From IMG/VR virus record IMGVR_UViG_3300046323_000673, positions 19,861-83,860 of that record: a stretch of 64,000 bases of DNA; one strand, written 5' to 3'. The notes beneath the pieces were generated by a model. It was not told the origin of the DNA, searched no databases, and saw only the letters and a list, made by a program, of their open reading frames with translations. Numbering within the stretch: position 1 is the stretch's first letter; each line of letters opens with the position of its first letter. Shown here piece by piece: positions 1 through 9,915 of this stretch. The translations under genes were made by a program, and so were the position numbers. This DNA is from a virus.

Positions 1-306
1 ATCTACGACTGCCCAAGGGATTGCGACTTCTACACGTGCAGCAACAGCAAGTGCATATCCACCGGCACGAAAGCCGATGGTATGCCCTGCTCTCTCCAAT
101 GCACCGACCAACCAGCCTTCTGTCGAGCGGCAACGTGCACACCAGGGTGTGAGTATTCCCTCGATTGCCCACGACCCCCGAACGACTGCCAGGCCGTCAC
201 GTGCGCAAACAATGAGTGCTCGTACGGTCCAATGAGCAACGTCCCGTGCGACAACAACAATGGCACATGCATCAACGGCGCATGCTCGGTTGTCACCAAC
301 GACTGA
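1..306 (+). CDS. Cys-rich repeat protein, 5'-truncated at window edge
   Basis: Frame open from base 1 (IYDCPRDCDFYTCSNSKC...); repeated C-x(2-6)-C units typical of myxobacterial-type Cys-rich exported proteins. Confidence 0.6.
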   Translation: MYDCPRDCDFYTCSNSKCISTGTKADGMPCSLQCTDQPAFCRAATCTPGCEYSLDCPRPPNDCQAVTCANNECSYGPMSNVPCDNNNGTCINGACSVVTND

Positions 307-535
307 ACATCCCACTGACCAACGCGCCATGATCCCTTCACGAAGAAGTGACGCGAACCGATAAACTCGGTCGCTTTTGGTGATTGGACCTCGGTGCTTC
401 ACCGAAACACACGGATGCACACGCATCCCATAAATTGGCGATTCGCCCCCCAATAGATAGCAATCACCACCGCGTCACTTCTTCGCTCTTCCCACCCAAC
501 ACATGACGAACAGGGTATAACCACCCCCATTCATC

Positions 536-1864
536 ATGTTTAACCCGTCAATTCGCGTTACTTCCATTGCCCAATTGGCGGCCCTACAAGGGGTCGACAT
601 CGCGCTTGCAGCGACCTCAGTAGGCCTTGACCCGATCCTGATTGAAAGGGTCGACAATGGGCGTCAGGGCTTCCCTAAAAGCTATGCACGAAATCTAGCC
701 GCTGCGTTGGGGGTTGATGAACCGACCCTACTCGCGGCGGCTAGAACCGTACTCGACGACAGTGCATACCCGCAGTCGATGGCGAGCGTGGCAATCGCAC
801 CCAAACCGCCCGAAGCGATCTTGGGCGAGACGTTCCCCATGTGCCTCACGAACGTGACGCGTAATCAGTCGACGGTGATGGCACCCGCGTTGACGGTTTG
901 GCTTGTTGGGCAGGACGTTGGGAACGTGGGGAGCAAGGGCGCGTTCGGGCGAATCAACAGGAACACGGGCGTACCTCTCGCGCCGATAGAGATGTCGAAC
1001 AATGTGCAGATGCCGATGACGCTAACGAGGGGTATCGACACGCTCTACACGTCGGGTGATGTGTCGGAGTTGGGGAACCCGAGAGTTGCGGCCGTATCGT
1101 TATTGAGCGGGACCATCACGCACGAGAGTTTGATCGGAACAACGAACAACACGTGCACGGTCACATACGCGCCGGCAACGAATGAGCTTTGGGTATCGGT
1201 GCAGCTCGACGAACGTGTGTACGTGCTCGATGTAGTTACGGGCGGGGTTCTCTATTCACTCGCGCTCACGTACTTGGGCAATGACTACGAGCCGTGCGGG
1301 ATGGTTGCCGCTAACGGGAAGATGTACGTCACGGGTGCACGAAACCTCGGGGGTGGATCATGGGAGGGCCACCTGTTCGAGTTCAATCAAACCACGTACG
1401 CGATTGAGCGGGTATCAACGGGGGACAACATGGGCACGTGCGTTGACGTGGCATTCGACGGCGTTGATACGTTCTACGTCGTGTCGAGCATCGTGGCAGG
1501 CGGGGGGTTCTTCGTTGTGCCGACCTCGAGCTTTTCGAGCTCGGCACGATCGTTCAGTGGGTTGGAGTTGATCTACGATGCGAAGTGGGTGGTGTGCGCG
1601 TTTGGGTTCGTGTTCGTGTCGGAGCAAAACATCGGGTCGATACCCAAGCTGATACGAGTCACGCCCGGTAGTGGTTTGCAGTTAGCGGCGACGTTCCTTT
1701 CGTTTGGGGGTAGTGGGTACTTGGGCAAGCCGGGGTTTGACTCGCTATTGTTATGGGTACCGAATCCCAACGATGGGACTGTATCCATGGTCAAACCCGA
1801 TACGATGACGGTGATGACGAGCGTGTTCGTGGACGGGCAACCATGGGCGGCAATCGTCGTTTGA
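536..1864 (+). CDS. N-terminal XRE-like HTH fused to beta-propeller (YncE-like) domain
   Basis: 442 aa; N-terminus ALAATSVGLDPILIERVDNGRQ...ARNLAAALGVD resembles XRE HTH; C-terminal ~320 aa has beta-rich blade repeats ending GQPWAAIVV. Confidence 0.6.
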   Translation: MFNPSIRVTSIAQLAALQGVDIALAATSVGLDPILIERVDNGRQGFPKSYARNLAAALGVDEPTLLAAARTVLDDSAYPQSMASVAIAPKPPEAILGETFPMCLTNVTRNQSTVMAPALTVWLVGQDVGNVGSKGAFGRINRNTGVPLAPIEMSNNVQMPMTLTRGIDTLYTSGDVSELGNPRVAAVSLLSGTITHESLIGTTNNTCTVTYAPATNELWVSVQLDERVYVLDVVTGGVLYSLALTYLGNDYEPCGMVAANGKMYVTGARNLGGGSWEGHLFEFNQTTYAIERVSTGDNMGTCVDVAFDGVDTFYVVSSIVAGGGFFVVPTSSFSSSARSFSGLELIYDAKWVVCAFGFVFVSEQNIGSIPKLIRVTPGSGLQLAATFLSFGGSGYLGKPGFDSLLLWVPNPNDGTVSMVKPDTMTVMTSVFVDGQPWAAIVV

Positions 1865-1880
1865 GGGCATGATGGTGGGC

Positions 1881-2198
1881 ATGAGACCTACCCTTGAAGA
1901 GATCGCGGAAGCACGCGCCCTAGCAACGCGAATGCTATTTCACCGTTCAGATGACCTTGTGTTGATGAAAGTGTTGCGCACGTTCATCGCGACAACAGCC
2001 CCATTAACGAAGGAACAAGCCATCCCGGTGATGGTTGGGCACGCGAACAAGGCAGGCGATTGGAAAGGCACGGACGCCGATATTGAGAGCGCAACCAAAG
2101 CCTTGATGACCGATTCGTCGGTTGGTCGAAGCGGGTGGCAAGACGTCGTGTGGGCGCAATGGGCAACGCTTGTGCACTTCAACGGGGGTGTAGAGTGA
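1881..2198 (+). CDS. hypothetical protein
   Basis: ORF; CATGAT hexamer 7 bp before ATG (leaderless pattern). Confidence 0.6.
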   Translation: MRPTLEEIAEARALATRMLFHRSDDLVLMKVLRTFIATTAPLTKEQAIPVMVGHANKAGDWKGTDADIESATKALMTDSSVGRSGWQDVVWAQWATLVHFNGGVE

Positions 2199-2578
2199 GC
2201 ACGTTTCATTGCAAGAAGTTGTGCGAAAGTAGTTGTTGCTCATCATTCCGTATTGCGCTTATTGCGGATGGCAAGCGCAGCCAATTCGCAACTGCATCTT
2301 GCGATTGTTTCGAGTGTTCAGCGTGTGACCTGATTACGGACCCCAAGAAGCTTGCCAAGCTGATGATGAAGGCGTTGCGTGCACGGGGTTTGGATGTCGA
2401 ATCGTGGTCGCCCGAATATCCACCCTATGACCCGTCGATCGCGATACGGCTGAAGGATGGGTCGTTTCGTAGAATCATGTCGATGAAGCAGGCACGTACC
2501 GACCTTCTCATGGTGATGGCAACACCCGCCGACGAAACAAGCTTTGACGTCGTGAAGCAGATCATCGGCGCGGGATGA
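2195..2578 (+). CDS. hypothetical Cys-containing protein
   Basis: GTGA overlap with previous stop codon. Confidence 0.55.
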   Translation: MSTFHCKKLCESSCCSSFRIALIADGKRSQFATASCDCFECSACDLITDPKKLAKLMMKALRARGLDVESWSPEYPPYDPSIAIRLKDGSFRRIMSMKQARTDLLMVMATPADETSFDVVKQIIGAG

Positions 2579-2616
2579 TGTCGCGTGTGTTAGGGTACGC
2601 ATCGGGTCAGTTGTAG

Positions 2617-2646
2617 AAATCCAATTGGATCGATCCAATTGGATTT
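2617..2646. repeat. 30-bp palindrome copy 1 (exact)
   Basis: AAATCCAATTGGATCGATCCAATTGGATTT, intergenic; followed by CGTCGAG-TAACAT. Confidence 0.97.
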
Positions 2647-2670
2647 CGTCGAGTAACATAGAGGGTCGTC

Positions 2671-3231
2671 ATGTTAGCAAGCGTCGAACGAGTGATCATT
2701 TGGGATGGTACGGGACAAGAACGGGTTGGAACTTTGGTGTATCCGAGTCCCGCGTTGTCGAGTGAGGAGGACAACGGGCGCATCATCACGCTTCCAACCG
2801 ACGAACGATTGTTTGGCAAGAGCGCGCTTGGTGGGCTCTTCATTCGTCATTGGGGCGGCGGGGTGAAGTTCACGTCGATGCAGCCGCAACGACATTGCCC
2901 GATGGTCCTGCATGTTTCGTCGGACTTGTCGTTTCTGCATTGGGTGCTGCGCATTGAAAAGGCCGATTCGAAAGCGGATGTACGCGGCACACTCGCGATC
3001 GTCGGAACGAACGATCCGGTGATTCAATCGGTCGGGGTATTGTCCGCGATAGGGCGCACCGTTGACCTGTCGTCGCTCGGGGAAGCCGACAAGCAAGGTG
3101 GGTGGTTCATCAAGGGCAAATCGGTCCTACGCACAATGCAGGACGGGCTTTGCCCATTGATGGTGCAAGCGGTGAGTGACAACTTGCGCGTGAGGTGGAC
3201 GGCGCTCACCCAAAGTCGAAGCGAGGAATGA
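2671..3231 (+). CDS. hypothetical protein
   Basis: 186 aa ORF with GAGGG RBS, just downstream of palindrome 1. Confidence 0.7.
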   Translation: MLASVERVIIWDGTGQERVGTLVYPSPALSSEEDNGRIITLPTDERLFGKSALGGLFIRHWGGGVKFTSMQPQRHCPMVLHVSSDLSFLHWVLRIEKADSKADVRGTLAIVGTNDPVIQSVGVLSAIGRTVDLSSLGEADKQGGWFIKGKSVLRTMQDGLCPLMVQAVSDNLRVRWTALTQSRSEE

Positions 3232-3485
3232 ACGTGTTGAAGAAGCTTGGGGCGTTCATCTGGTTCGTGTACGATGTTGGGCGCCTCCTGTTCACTCGCG
3301 AATACAACGAACCTGATACGCCCCCGAACGACGACGATGAAGGCGAGCACGTACCAACAACACCCGTCGTGCACGTGTCGCCTGATGCATCGCGGATGAT
3401 CTCCCGTCCCAAGCCGGTCATCGCACCGGCAATCGACGAACCACTTGAAGGCAGCATCGAAGCTCGCCGACGCATGATCAACTGA
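3228..3485 (+). CDS. small hypothetical protein
   Basis: ATGA overlap with previous gene, GAGG RBS. Confidence 0.55.
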   Translation: MNVLKKLGAFIWFVYDVGRLLFTREYNEPDTPPNDDDEGEHVPTTPVVHVSPDASRMISRPKPVIAPAIDEPLEGSIEARRRMIN

Positions 3486-3805
3486 TGTTCACAGTGATCA
3501 ATGGCCATTCTGTCGATATTGTGGAGAGCGAGTTTCGTAGACGATTTCACGTGGAAGTCGCGCACGTCATCGATGAGATTCACGCAATGAATCTCATCGA
3601 GTCGGTTGGTGGACACGTTCCATTTCGCCGAAGACAATCCGTCGAAATGACGCTTAAACACTTGTTGTCGATCGGCTCGTACCCAGACGACAAGCTGCAA
3701 GCATCCCTGAAACATCCGACAACCGTTACATCGCAACCCACCATGAGGTTTATGGTTGGCGTCGTATCGCGTCTTTTTGGCGACGTTGGAGATGATTCAC
3801 GGTAG
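3485..3805 (+). CDS. hypothetical protein
   Basis: TGATG coupling with previous gene. Confidence 0.55.
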   Translation: MFTVINGHSVDIVESEFRRRFHVEVAHVIDEIHAMNLIESVGGHVPFRRRQSVEMTLKHLLSIGSYPDDKLQASLKHPTTVTSQPTMRFMVGVVSRLFGDVGDDSR

Positions 3806-3813
3806 AAGGAACC

Positions 3814-5916
3814 ATGGGTTTCTTCCGCAACGATGGGCAAACGTTCCCCGGCCCCGCATTCCCCATTCAATCCACCGTGCGCGGCACGAACGGCACGATA
3901 TACGCCGTGAGTTCGTTTGGCGTGGATGACACGACGTTTGGCCCGTCGTTCCGCCCGCAAAGTCTTGTCGAGAACGACCGACATAGGACGCTCGACTTCC
4001 GCCGGAAGTTCTACAATTGCACACAGCACGACCACAAGATCTACGATATGTCGGGGCGGATGAACCGGGGTGGGCAGATGGCCCTTATGCAACCCCTGCT
4101 TTCCTCGCAACCCCCGCCGTTTTACGTGCCCCTTGATCAACGTCGGCCGAACAACCCGTATCGACTCGCGCGATTGATCGTGCAGGCGTTCACGAACTTC
4201 GTATTCGGTGAACATCGATTCCCGAAGATCAAATGCACGGGCGATACCGACGCGGAAGACTTCGCAGACGCGCTTGTGCAGGCGAGCGACCTACCCACTG
4301 TGATGATTCGCGCACGCAACATGGGCGGGTCATGCGGAAGCGTTGGCCTATCGTGGCGGTTCTATCAGGGCAAACCATGCGTGCGTGTGCATTCCGCGGC
4401 GAACGTGTACGTGCACGAATGGGTTGATCGTGATGAAGGCGTCGTCGCGCACGTGAGCGAGATCTATCTCGTGTATCGGGATGTTTGGAACGACAAGGCA
4501 AAGAAGCAGGAACGAGCCCCGCATTGGTACCGTCGCGATTGGACACCCACCGCCGATATCGTGTTTGTCGAACAGCCATTGAACAAGGACGGGGGTGCTA
4601 ACGAGTGGGTTGTCGATGAAGATCAAACGGTCGTGCACGATGACGGGTTTGCCCATTTCGTCTGGATTCCAAATCAACCGAGTGACGACGACGAAAGCGA
4701 ATACGACGGCGAACCCGATTACGAGGGGTTATTCGAGCAAGCCAACACGATCGATATGCTCAACAGCGTGCTCGCGACGGGCACAGTGCGAAACCTTGAT
4801 CCCACGCTCGTATTGAAGCTATCGACCGAACAGCAAGAGATGCAGAAGCGCGGCGTGTCTAAAGGAAGCGACAATGCGTTGAACGTCGGCGAATCGGGTG
4901 ATGCGAAGTATTTGGAACTCGGGGGCACGGCTGCATCGACGGGCATTGCGCTCTTGAAGCAGCAACGGCAATTCGCGCTCGAGGTCGCACAGTGCGTGAT
5001 TCCCGACCCGAACGAGATTGCAGCAGCAGCAACGTCGGGGCGTGCGATCGAATTGCTCTATGCACCCATGGGCGCGAAATCATCCATATTCCAAGCGCAA
5101 TATGGCAAGGGCATCACGTCGCTTGTTACGCAGATGATCACGAGTGCTCGAAAGCGAATGCCGACAACGAACGAGGATGGATCACTTGAATACCCGCTCG
5201 AACTCGATGGCGAGACGGGGTTGATGGTCCCCGTCGAATACTTCCTCGACTTGCCCCCACGCGAGATCACCGAAGCGGTTGTCGACCCGATATCGGGATT
5301 GCCCACGGGTGAGAACAAGATCGTCGGGTATGAGCAGCGCAAGCCGGGCAAGGGGCGAGTGTTCGTGTGCGAATGGCCGAAACGATTCGGAACGACAGAC
5401 ACTGACGATCAATCAGCCGCAACGACAACCGCGACAAGCACGGGCGGGAAAGCATTCGTGTCGCAACGAAGCGCGGTGGAATCGTTTGCAAAGCGTATGG
5501 GCCGTGATCCACACGAAGAATGGAAGCGCGTACTTGAGGAAAAGAAGCAGGCAGACGAACGTGAACAAGGGATGTTCCCCGGCACGGGCGGGGCAGTGGC
5601 GTCGTCGTTGGGTGCTGATACGGGTCAAGCGTCAGTTGACGACGTGGAAGAGCAGGACGGGGCGATTGCGGGCGAGCAAGGGGGGGGCAATGACGTCGCG
5701 CCTGTGCCCACTGAGATCGAACCGTCGCTTGTGCTTAACGGTGCACAGATACAAGCGGCACTCGAAATCGTGCAGCAGGTCGTCACGCAACAAATCCCAC
5801 GTGATACAGCGATCGGCCTGCTCAAGATCGGGTTCAATATGACCAACGCACAATCAATCGAGATCCTTGGTTCGGCTGGTCGTGGGTTTGTTCCTGCATC
5901 GCAAGACGGCAACTGA
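3814..5916 (+). CDS. phage portal protein (SPP1 gp6-like)
   Basis: 700 aa, AAGGA RBS, lies before a gp7/Mu-F gene; portal-like segments (NLARLIV-like YRLARLIVQAFTNFVFGE, GDAKYLE). Confidence 0.8.
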   Translation: MGFFRNDGQTFPGPAFPIQSTVRGTNGTIYAVSSFGVDDTTFGPSFRPQSLVENDRHRTLDFRRKFYNCTQHDHKIYDMSGRMNRGGQMALMQPLLSSQPPPFYVPLDQRRPNNPYRLARLIVQAFTNFVFGEHRFPKIKCTGDTDAEDFADALVQASDLPTVMIRARNMGGSCGSVGLSWRFYQGKPCVRVHSAANVYVHEWVDRDEGVVAHVSEIYLVYRDVWNDKAKKQERAPHWYRRDWTPTADIVFVEQPLNKDGGANEWVVDEDQTVVHDDGFAHFVWIPNQPSDDDESEYDGEPDYEGLFEQANTIDMLNSVLATGTVRNLDPTLVLKLSTEQQEMQKRGVSKGSDNALNVGESGDAKYLELGGTAASTGIALLKQQRQFALEVAQCVIPDPNEIAAAATSGRAIELLYAPMGAKSSIFQAQYGKGITSLVTQMITSARKRMPTTNEDGSLEYPLELDGETGLMVPVEYFLDLPPREITEAVVDPISGLPTGENKIVGYEQRKPGKGRVFVCEWPKRFGTTDTDDQSAATTTATSTGGKAFVSQRSAVESFAKRMGRDPHEEWKRVLEEKKQADEREQGMFPGTGGAVASSLGADTGQASVDDVEEQDGAIAGEQGGGNDVAPVPTEIEPSLVLNGAQIQAALEIVQQVVTQQIPRDTAIGLLKIGFNMTNAQSIEILGSAGRGFVPASQDGN

Positions 5917-6914
5917 TGAAGCGCGCATCGCCCCTCGAAATCCTTCAACGTTCCCGACAACGCGCGCTCGACTTCGCGGGCAAAGCGGGCACGGCGCGGA
6001 TGCGTCACGTGTTGGAAAAGGCCCAACGCGATATGGAACGGCGGTTGAAGGAAACCGAGGGGCTGGGCGGGGCAGGCAGTGGAAGCTTCACCGCTGCCCA
6101 ATTGCGCACAACGTTGGCCCAAGTGCGTGACGTATTGCGTGCGACGGCATTGCCAGGGATGCAAAGCGATATCGTGGACGTTGGGAAGATGGCGGCGGAA
6201 AGCGCGGCGCAATCAACGATCGAATACATACGCGCGAGCGACAAGGCGTTCACGGGGCTTGGTCGTTCCCTCGCAATCGATAACGCGGCGCTTTACGATG
6301 TTGCCGTGCGAGGGTCGGAAGCGAGCATCTTGCGTCGCATTGGCTCGAACCCGAAAGACCCTCGTTCGTTGGGCGTGTTGCAGCGGTATGGGATCAACAC
6401 GGTTGGCGCGTTCGAGGGCGTGTTGCAACAACGATTGATTGCACAGAAGCCATGGGCAGACGTGCGCAAGGAACTGATTGAAGAGTCGCCGTTTCTGCAA
6501 GGCCAACCGATGCATTGGGCGGAACGCATTGTTCGAACCGAGGTCATGGGCGCCAACAACTTCGCGTCGAATTCGGCGATCACTGAATTGAATGAGCAGC
6601 TCGACGACATGCTGAAGATCAATTCAGCGACGTTCGACAACCGTACAAGTGCCGATAGCTACGCGGTGCACGGGCAGATACGTCGCACGAACGAGGCATT
6701 TGATTCGTGGTGGGGGAGCTTTATGCATCCACCGGATAGGCCGAACGATCGCAGTGTGGTCGTGCCGCACCGGATGTCGTGGCCATTGCCCGCTGGATTG
6801 AAGCCCAAGAGTGATGGGGAGATCGCCGCACGTTGGGCAATGGAAGGGCGGAAGGGTTCACCACCGGCACGGCCGCGAATCAGCACGGTGCCGATGGATC
6901 AATTGCGGAAGTGA
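5916..6914 (+). CDS. head morphogenesis protein (Mu gpF / SPP1 gp7 family)
   Basis: WAERIVRTE, DNRTS, HGQ and HPPDRPNDRS (family motif PPxHPNCRC). Confidence 0.85.
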   Translation: MKRASPLEILQRSRQRALDFAGKAGTARMRHVLEKAQRDMERRLKETEGLGGAGSGSFTAAQLRTTLAQVRDVLRATALPGMQSDIVDVGKMAAESAAQSTIEYIRASDKAFTGLGRSLAIDNAALYDVAVRGSEASILRRIGSNPKDPRSLGVLQRYGINTVGAFEGVLQQRLIAQKPWADVRKELIEESPFLQGQPMHWAERIVRTEVMGANNFASNSAITELNEQLDDMLKINSATFDNRTSADSYAVHGQIRRTNEAFDSWWGSFMHPPDRPNDRSVVVPHRMSWPLPAGLKPKSDGEIAARWAMEGRKGSPPARPRISTVPMDQLRK

Positions 6915-6985
6915 ACCGTCAAGTAACCCGTGCAATATATTCCAGCACTCGACGAACATCCCTTCCTCGCGATACCCTCACGTGT

Positions 6986-7240
6986 ATGTCGATGTTCAAG
7001 CTCCGAACCGCACCGGGCGATCCCGGTATCAGGCGGGGTGATGCAGGCCGGTTCGTTCCGGCTGCACCTCCCCAAGTCACGCGTGAAGCTGTGAACGAGG
7101 GTATCGACACGATGCAGCTCGTTCACGAACGCTACCAAGCCCCCGAGCATCCCACGCCGGGGAAGAAGCGGGGCGTGTCGGAAAACCCCTGGCCTCCCGC
7201 AACGCCCCCCGCGCAGTCCCCTTTCCGCGTTCGTTCGTGA
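6986..7240 (+). CDS. small Pro-rich hypothetical protein
   Basis: TACCCT hexamer 7 bp before ATG; fills gap in head module. Confidence 0.5.
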   Translation: MSMFKLRTAPGDPGIRRGDAGRFVPAAPPQVTREAVNEGIDTMQLVHERYQAPEHPTPGKKRGVSENPWPPATPPAQSPFRVRS

Positions 7241-7258
7241 TACGTTCAACAAGTAACC

Positions 7259-7288
7259 AAATCCAATTGGATCGATCCAATTGGATTT
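7259..7288. repeat. 30-bp palindrome copy 2 (exact)
   Basis: Intergenic; followed by CATCGAG-TAACGAAGGGAT. Confidence 0.97.
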
Positions 7289-7313
7289 CATCGAGTAACG
7301 AAGGGATTTGGTC

Positions 7314-7589
7314 ATGGCACAAGGCGACGGCAAGACACCGGGCACTGGTTCAAGTAGCCCGTTTGGCGACGGGCAGGGCGGCATCAGCGGCGGACGGGCA
7401 GCCCCGTTTGACCAGTTCGCGCAATCGAACCCGCAACGCCCTGTATCCCCTACGAGTTTTCCCAAGGGGCAAGTTCCCGCGGGTGGCGAGATCTTGAAAG
7501 CGGACCCCGTTGCGGGTTCGATTCGTGCCGCGCAGATCGGCACGACTGCAACGAACAACCGTCCCCCCTTCCGCACACGAGGCGCGTAA
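7314..7589 (+). CDS. small Gly/Pro-rich hypothetical protein
   Basis: ORF with AAGGGA RBS. Confidence 0.6.
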   Translation: MAQGDGKTPGTGSSSPFGDGQGGISGGRAAPFDQFAQSNPQRPVSPTSFPKGQVPAGGEILKADPVAGSIRAAQIGTTATNNRPPFRTRGA

Positions 7590-7592
7590 TCA

Positions 7593-8003
7593 ATGGGCGG
7601 CATCGTCGAACTCTCAGGCGGGTTATCCGCGGGTGCACCGGCGGGTTGCGGGTGTGGCGATGCCTCACTCGTATTCCCGTTTGAGTTTCCCGGCGGATGC
7701 AGCGGCAAACCATTCACGGTAAGCACGCAAGGCGGCCGGACGATCATCAGCCCGGTGACATACGTTTCGCTTCCGAATATTGGAACGGGCGGCGACGTCA
7801 CAAAAGCGGATCTCTTTGCCTTTCGAGGTGAAGGGACGGTCGAGCTCGAACTCACGTTCGACGACGGCATTGGAGGCACGACGGTTGTTGTGGTTCCAAT
7901 GCAGGGACTTTACTTCCAAACGTTTGGCGCTCCGAAGTACCTGGTAGGGGTACGGGTGCGCGGTAACAGCACGATCACGTATTTCGCATCAGGACCTCAA
8001 TAG
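7593..8003 (+). CDS. hypothetical (possible virion) protein
   Basis: 136 aa beta-rich ORF in head module. Confidence 0.6.
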   Translation: MGGIVELSGGLSAGAPAGCGCGDASLVFPFEFPGGCSGKPFTVSTQGGRTIISPVTYVSLPNIGTGGDVTKADLFAFRGEGTVELELTFDDGIGGTTVVVVPMQGLYFQTFGAPKYLVGVRVRGNSTITYFASGPQ

Positions 8004-8023
8004 GTCGGAGGACACGGACGAAC

Positions 8024-8704
8024 ATGGCGAACATCAAAGAGAAAGCAGCGCTTGCGGGCGCGACGAACAACACGTTACCCGAGCACTTGAAAACGATCGG
8101 GTTTGCCGCGGTGATGCGTGGGCAAATCAATCAAGTGGTTCGGAAGAAGGATCCCGCGGCGAGTGTGTATTCGCCGGTCGCAACGGTGGAAGCGGTTGTG
8201 CTCGCCGACGATGCGAAAGCTACGAGCATCCTGCGTGCATACGCGCGTGTCGGAACCGTGACGGGTGCGCTTACCGTGGTTGCACCGGGAACCACGCCGG
8301 CGACAACCGAGATTTCGATTCAGCCGAACGGTGACATCATGGTTCTCGCGGCTGATGCTATTACGAGTCTCGACGTCACGTTCGTCCCGGAACGAGGCGA
8401 CGTTGACGAACTCCCGAATTGGCCCGTCGCATCCGATGCGATTGCATTGCCCGCGCGCATCACCACGCCGGGTGCGATCCTCTTGCTTGAAGCTGAATCA
8501 CTTGAAGGAACGCTCACGGGCAAACTGCGTGTGCTCGCCCCGAGTGCATCCGCAGCGGCGACAGGCCAAGCACGCTTGAACCTCGCGAAAACGAGCGTGA
8601 AGTTTGCCCCCGCGGATGCAGTGACGAAAGCGCGCGTGAAGCTGCTTGTGTGCGCGGCGGTCGATCTTGACACGGTTCTCGAATCCGACGCGACTATTCA
8701 GTAA
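8024..8704 (+). CDS. putative head decoration/structural protein
   Basis: 226 aa Ala/Val/Thr-rich with internally repeated domain; GGAGG RBS; position in head module. Confidence 0.6.
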   Translation: MANIKEKAALAGATNNTLPEHLKTIGFAAVMRGQINQVVRKKDPAASVYSPVATVEAVVLADDAKATSILRAYARVGTVTGALTVVAPGTTPATTEISIQPNGDIMVLAADAITSLDVTFVPERGDVDELPNWPVASDAIALPARITTPGAILLLEAESLEGTLTGKLRVLAPSASAAATGQARLNLAKTSVKFAPADAVTKARVKLLVCAAVDLDTVLESDATIQ

Positions 8705-8726
8705 TAACAAACGGAGGAAGGTCGTC

Positions 8727-9695
8727 ATGGCAGAACAATCGCAAGAGCAGGGTAACGAAACGGGTGCTGCGGGTGGGAACGCTGCACCGGACAAACAAGG
8801 CGGGGGCGCGTTTGGTACCGCCACACGTGCGCCCGTCTTCCCGTCGCAAGCCGCAGCGGCAACGCAAGGCAACAACGCTGCACAGGGGCAGGACGGGGCA
8901 GCAGCGGGCGGTGTAGCGCCAACAGTTCGCAAGCCCGTAGGCACTGCGCAGATCCCCGACGAAGCGTTGAATGCTCGACTCGAACGCAATCGCCGACAAA
9001 CCGAAGACAAGTATCTGAAGATGCTTGGTGTAAAGAGCGAAGCAGAAGCGAAAGCCAAACTCGATTCGCTCAAGAGTGCCGAGCAAGAGGGCGAGAAACG
9101 TCGGCTTGCGGAACTCTCCGAAGTCGAGCGGTACAAGGCAGAACTCGCCACCGCGCAACAACGAATCGCGCAGCTCGAATCGCAACTCGCGGAACGTGAT
9201 CAAGAGCGTGAACACGAGCAACACGAGCAAGTGATCGTGCGTGTTGCGGGCGAGAGCATCAAGCCGAACGCGTTGCGCCTCTACAAACTCGATCTCGCGC
9301 AACACGTGAAGAAGCTCGCGGTGACAAACCCGCAACTTGCCGAGTCTTTCAACGAACGCGGTATCCGACGATTCACCGACAAGTGGTTGAAGGAAAACCC
9401 TGAGTTTGCGAAAGCGCCCGTCGATGCAGCACCGGCGGGTACTGGTAATGCATCGGCGAAACCCCCCGCGACGGGTGCACGTCCCGCGCCTGCACAACCG
9501 GGCCTTGTGCGCCGTCCCGTGTCGACAGGCGCGCCTGTTCGTAAAGTCGGGGCACCCCCCGTTAATGGGCAAGCAGGCGGCGCGAATGGCCTGTTCAACG
9601 GCAAGACGCCCAAGCCGGGCCGTGCCAATTCGATGAATAACCAAGAATTCAAAGAGTACGTAAAGCAAACGACCGGCGCCAATTATAGCGGCTAG
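8727..9695 (+). CDS. capsid scaffolding protein
   Basis: GGAGG RBS; charged coiled coil (AELSEVERYKAELA...) with low-complexity ends; directly before major capsid gene. Confidence 0.75.
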   Translation: MAEQSQEQGNETGAAGGNAAPDKQGGGAFGTATRAPVFPSQAAAATQGNNAAQGQDGAAAGGVAPTVRKPVGTAQIPDEALNARLERNRRQTEDKYLKMLGVKSEAEAKAKLDSLKSAEQEGEKRRLAELSEVERYKAELATAQQRIAQLESQLAERDQEREHEQHEQVIVRVAGESIKPNALRLYKLDLAQHVKKLAVTNPQLAESFNERGIRRFTDKWLKENPEFAKAPVDAAPAGTGNASAKPPATGARPAPAQPGLVRRPVSTGAPVRKVGAPPVNGQAGGANGLFNGKTPKPGRANSMNNQEFKEYVKQTTGANYSG

Positions 9696-9710
9696 GTCAC
9701 CCTCCCAACG

Positions 9711-9740
9711 AAATCCAATTGGATCGATCCAATTGGATTT
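9711..9740. repeat. 30-bp palindrome copy 3 (exact)
   Basis: Between scaffold and major capsid genes. Confidence 0.97.
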
Positions 9741-9764
9741 CGTGATCCATCCCATCACAATCCA

Positions 9765-9794
9765 TTGACGAACGGTGATCCTCGCGCGTAGGGT
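9765..9794 (+). promoter_or_regulatory. candidate sigma70-type promoter for capsid gene
   Basis: TTGACG-18bp-TAGGGT. Confidence 0.35.
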
Positions 9795-9915
9795 TGTATT
9801 CACACGCCCCCCCGTACACACGCGAGCGGCCAATCACGCGGCACACCGGCGGTCAATCAGGTGGTCTCCAGGCGACGCTAAGCACGACCCATAGCGGGGC
9901 AAGGAGACTGTTCAC

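Noticed and set aside
6899-9833. Long minus-strand ORFs (6899-7879, 8694-9833; likewise 19740-20804, 23080-24189, 53596-54477)
   Set aside because: Shadow frames opposite well-supported genes in GC-rich DNA, with no motifs or RBS
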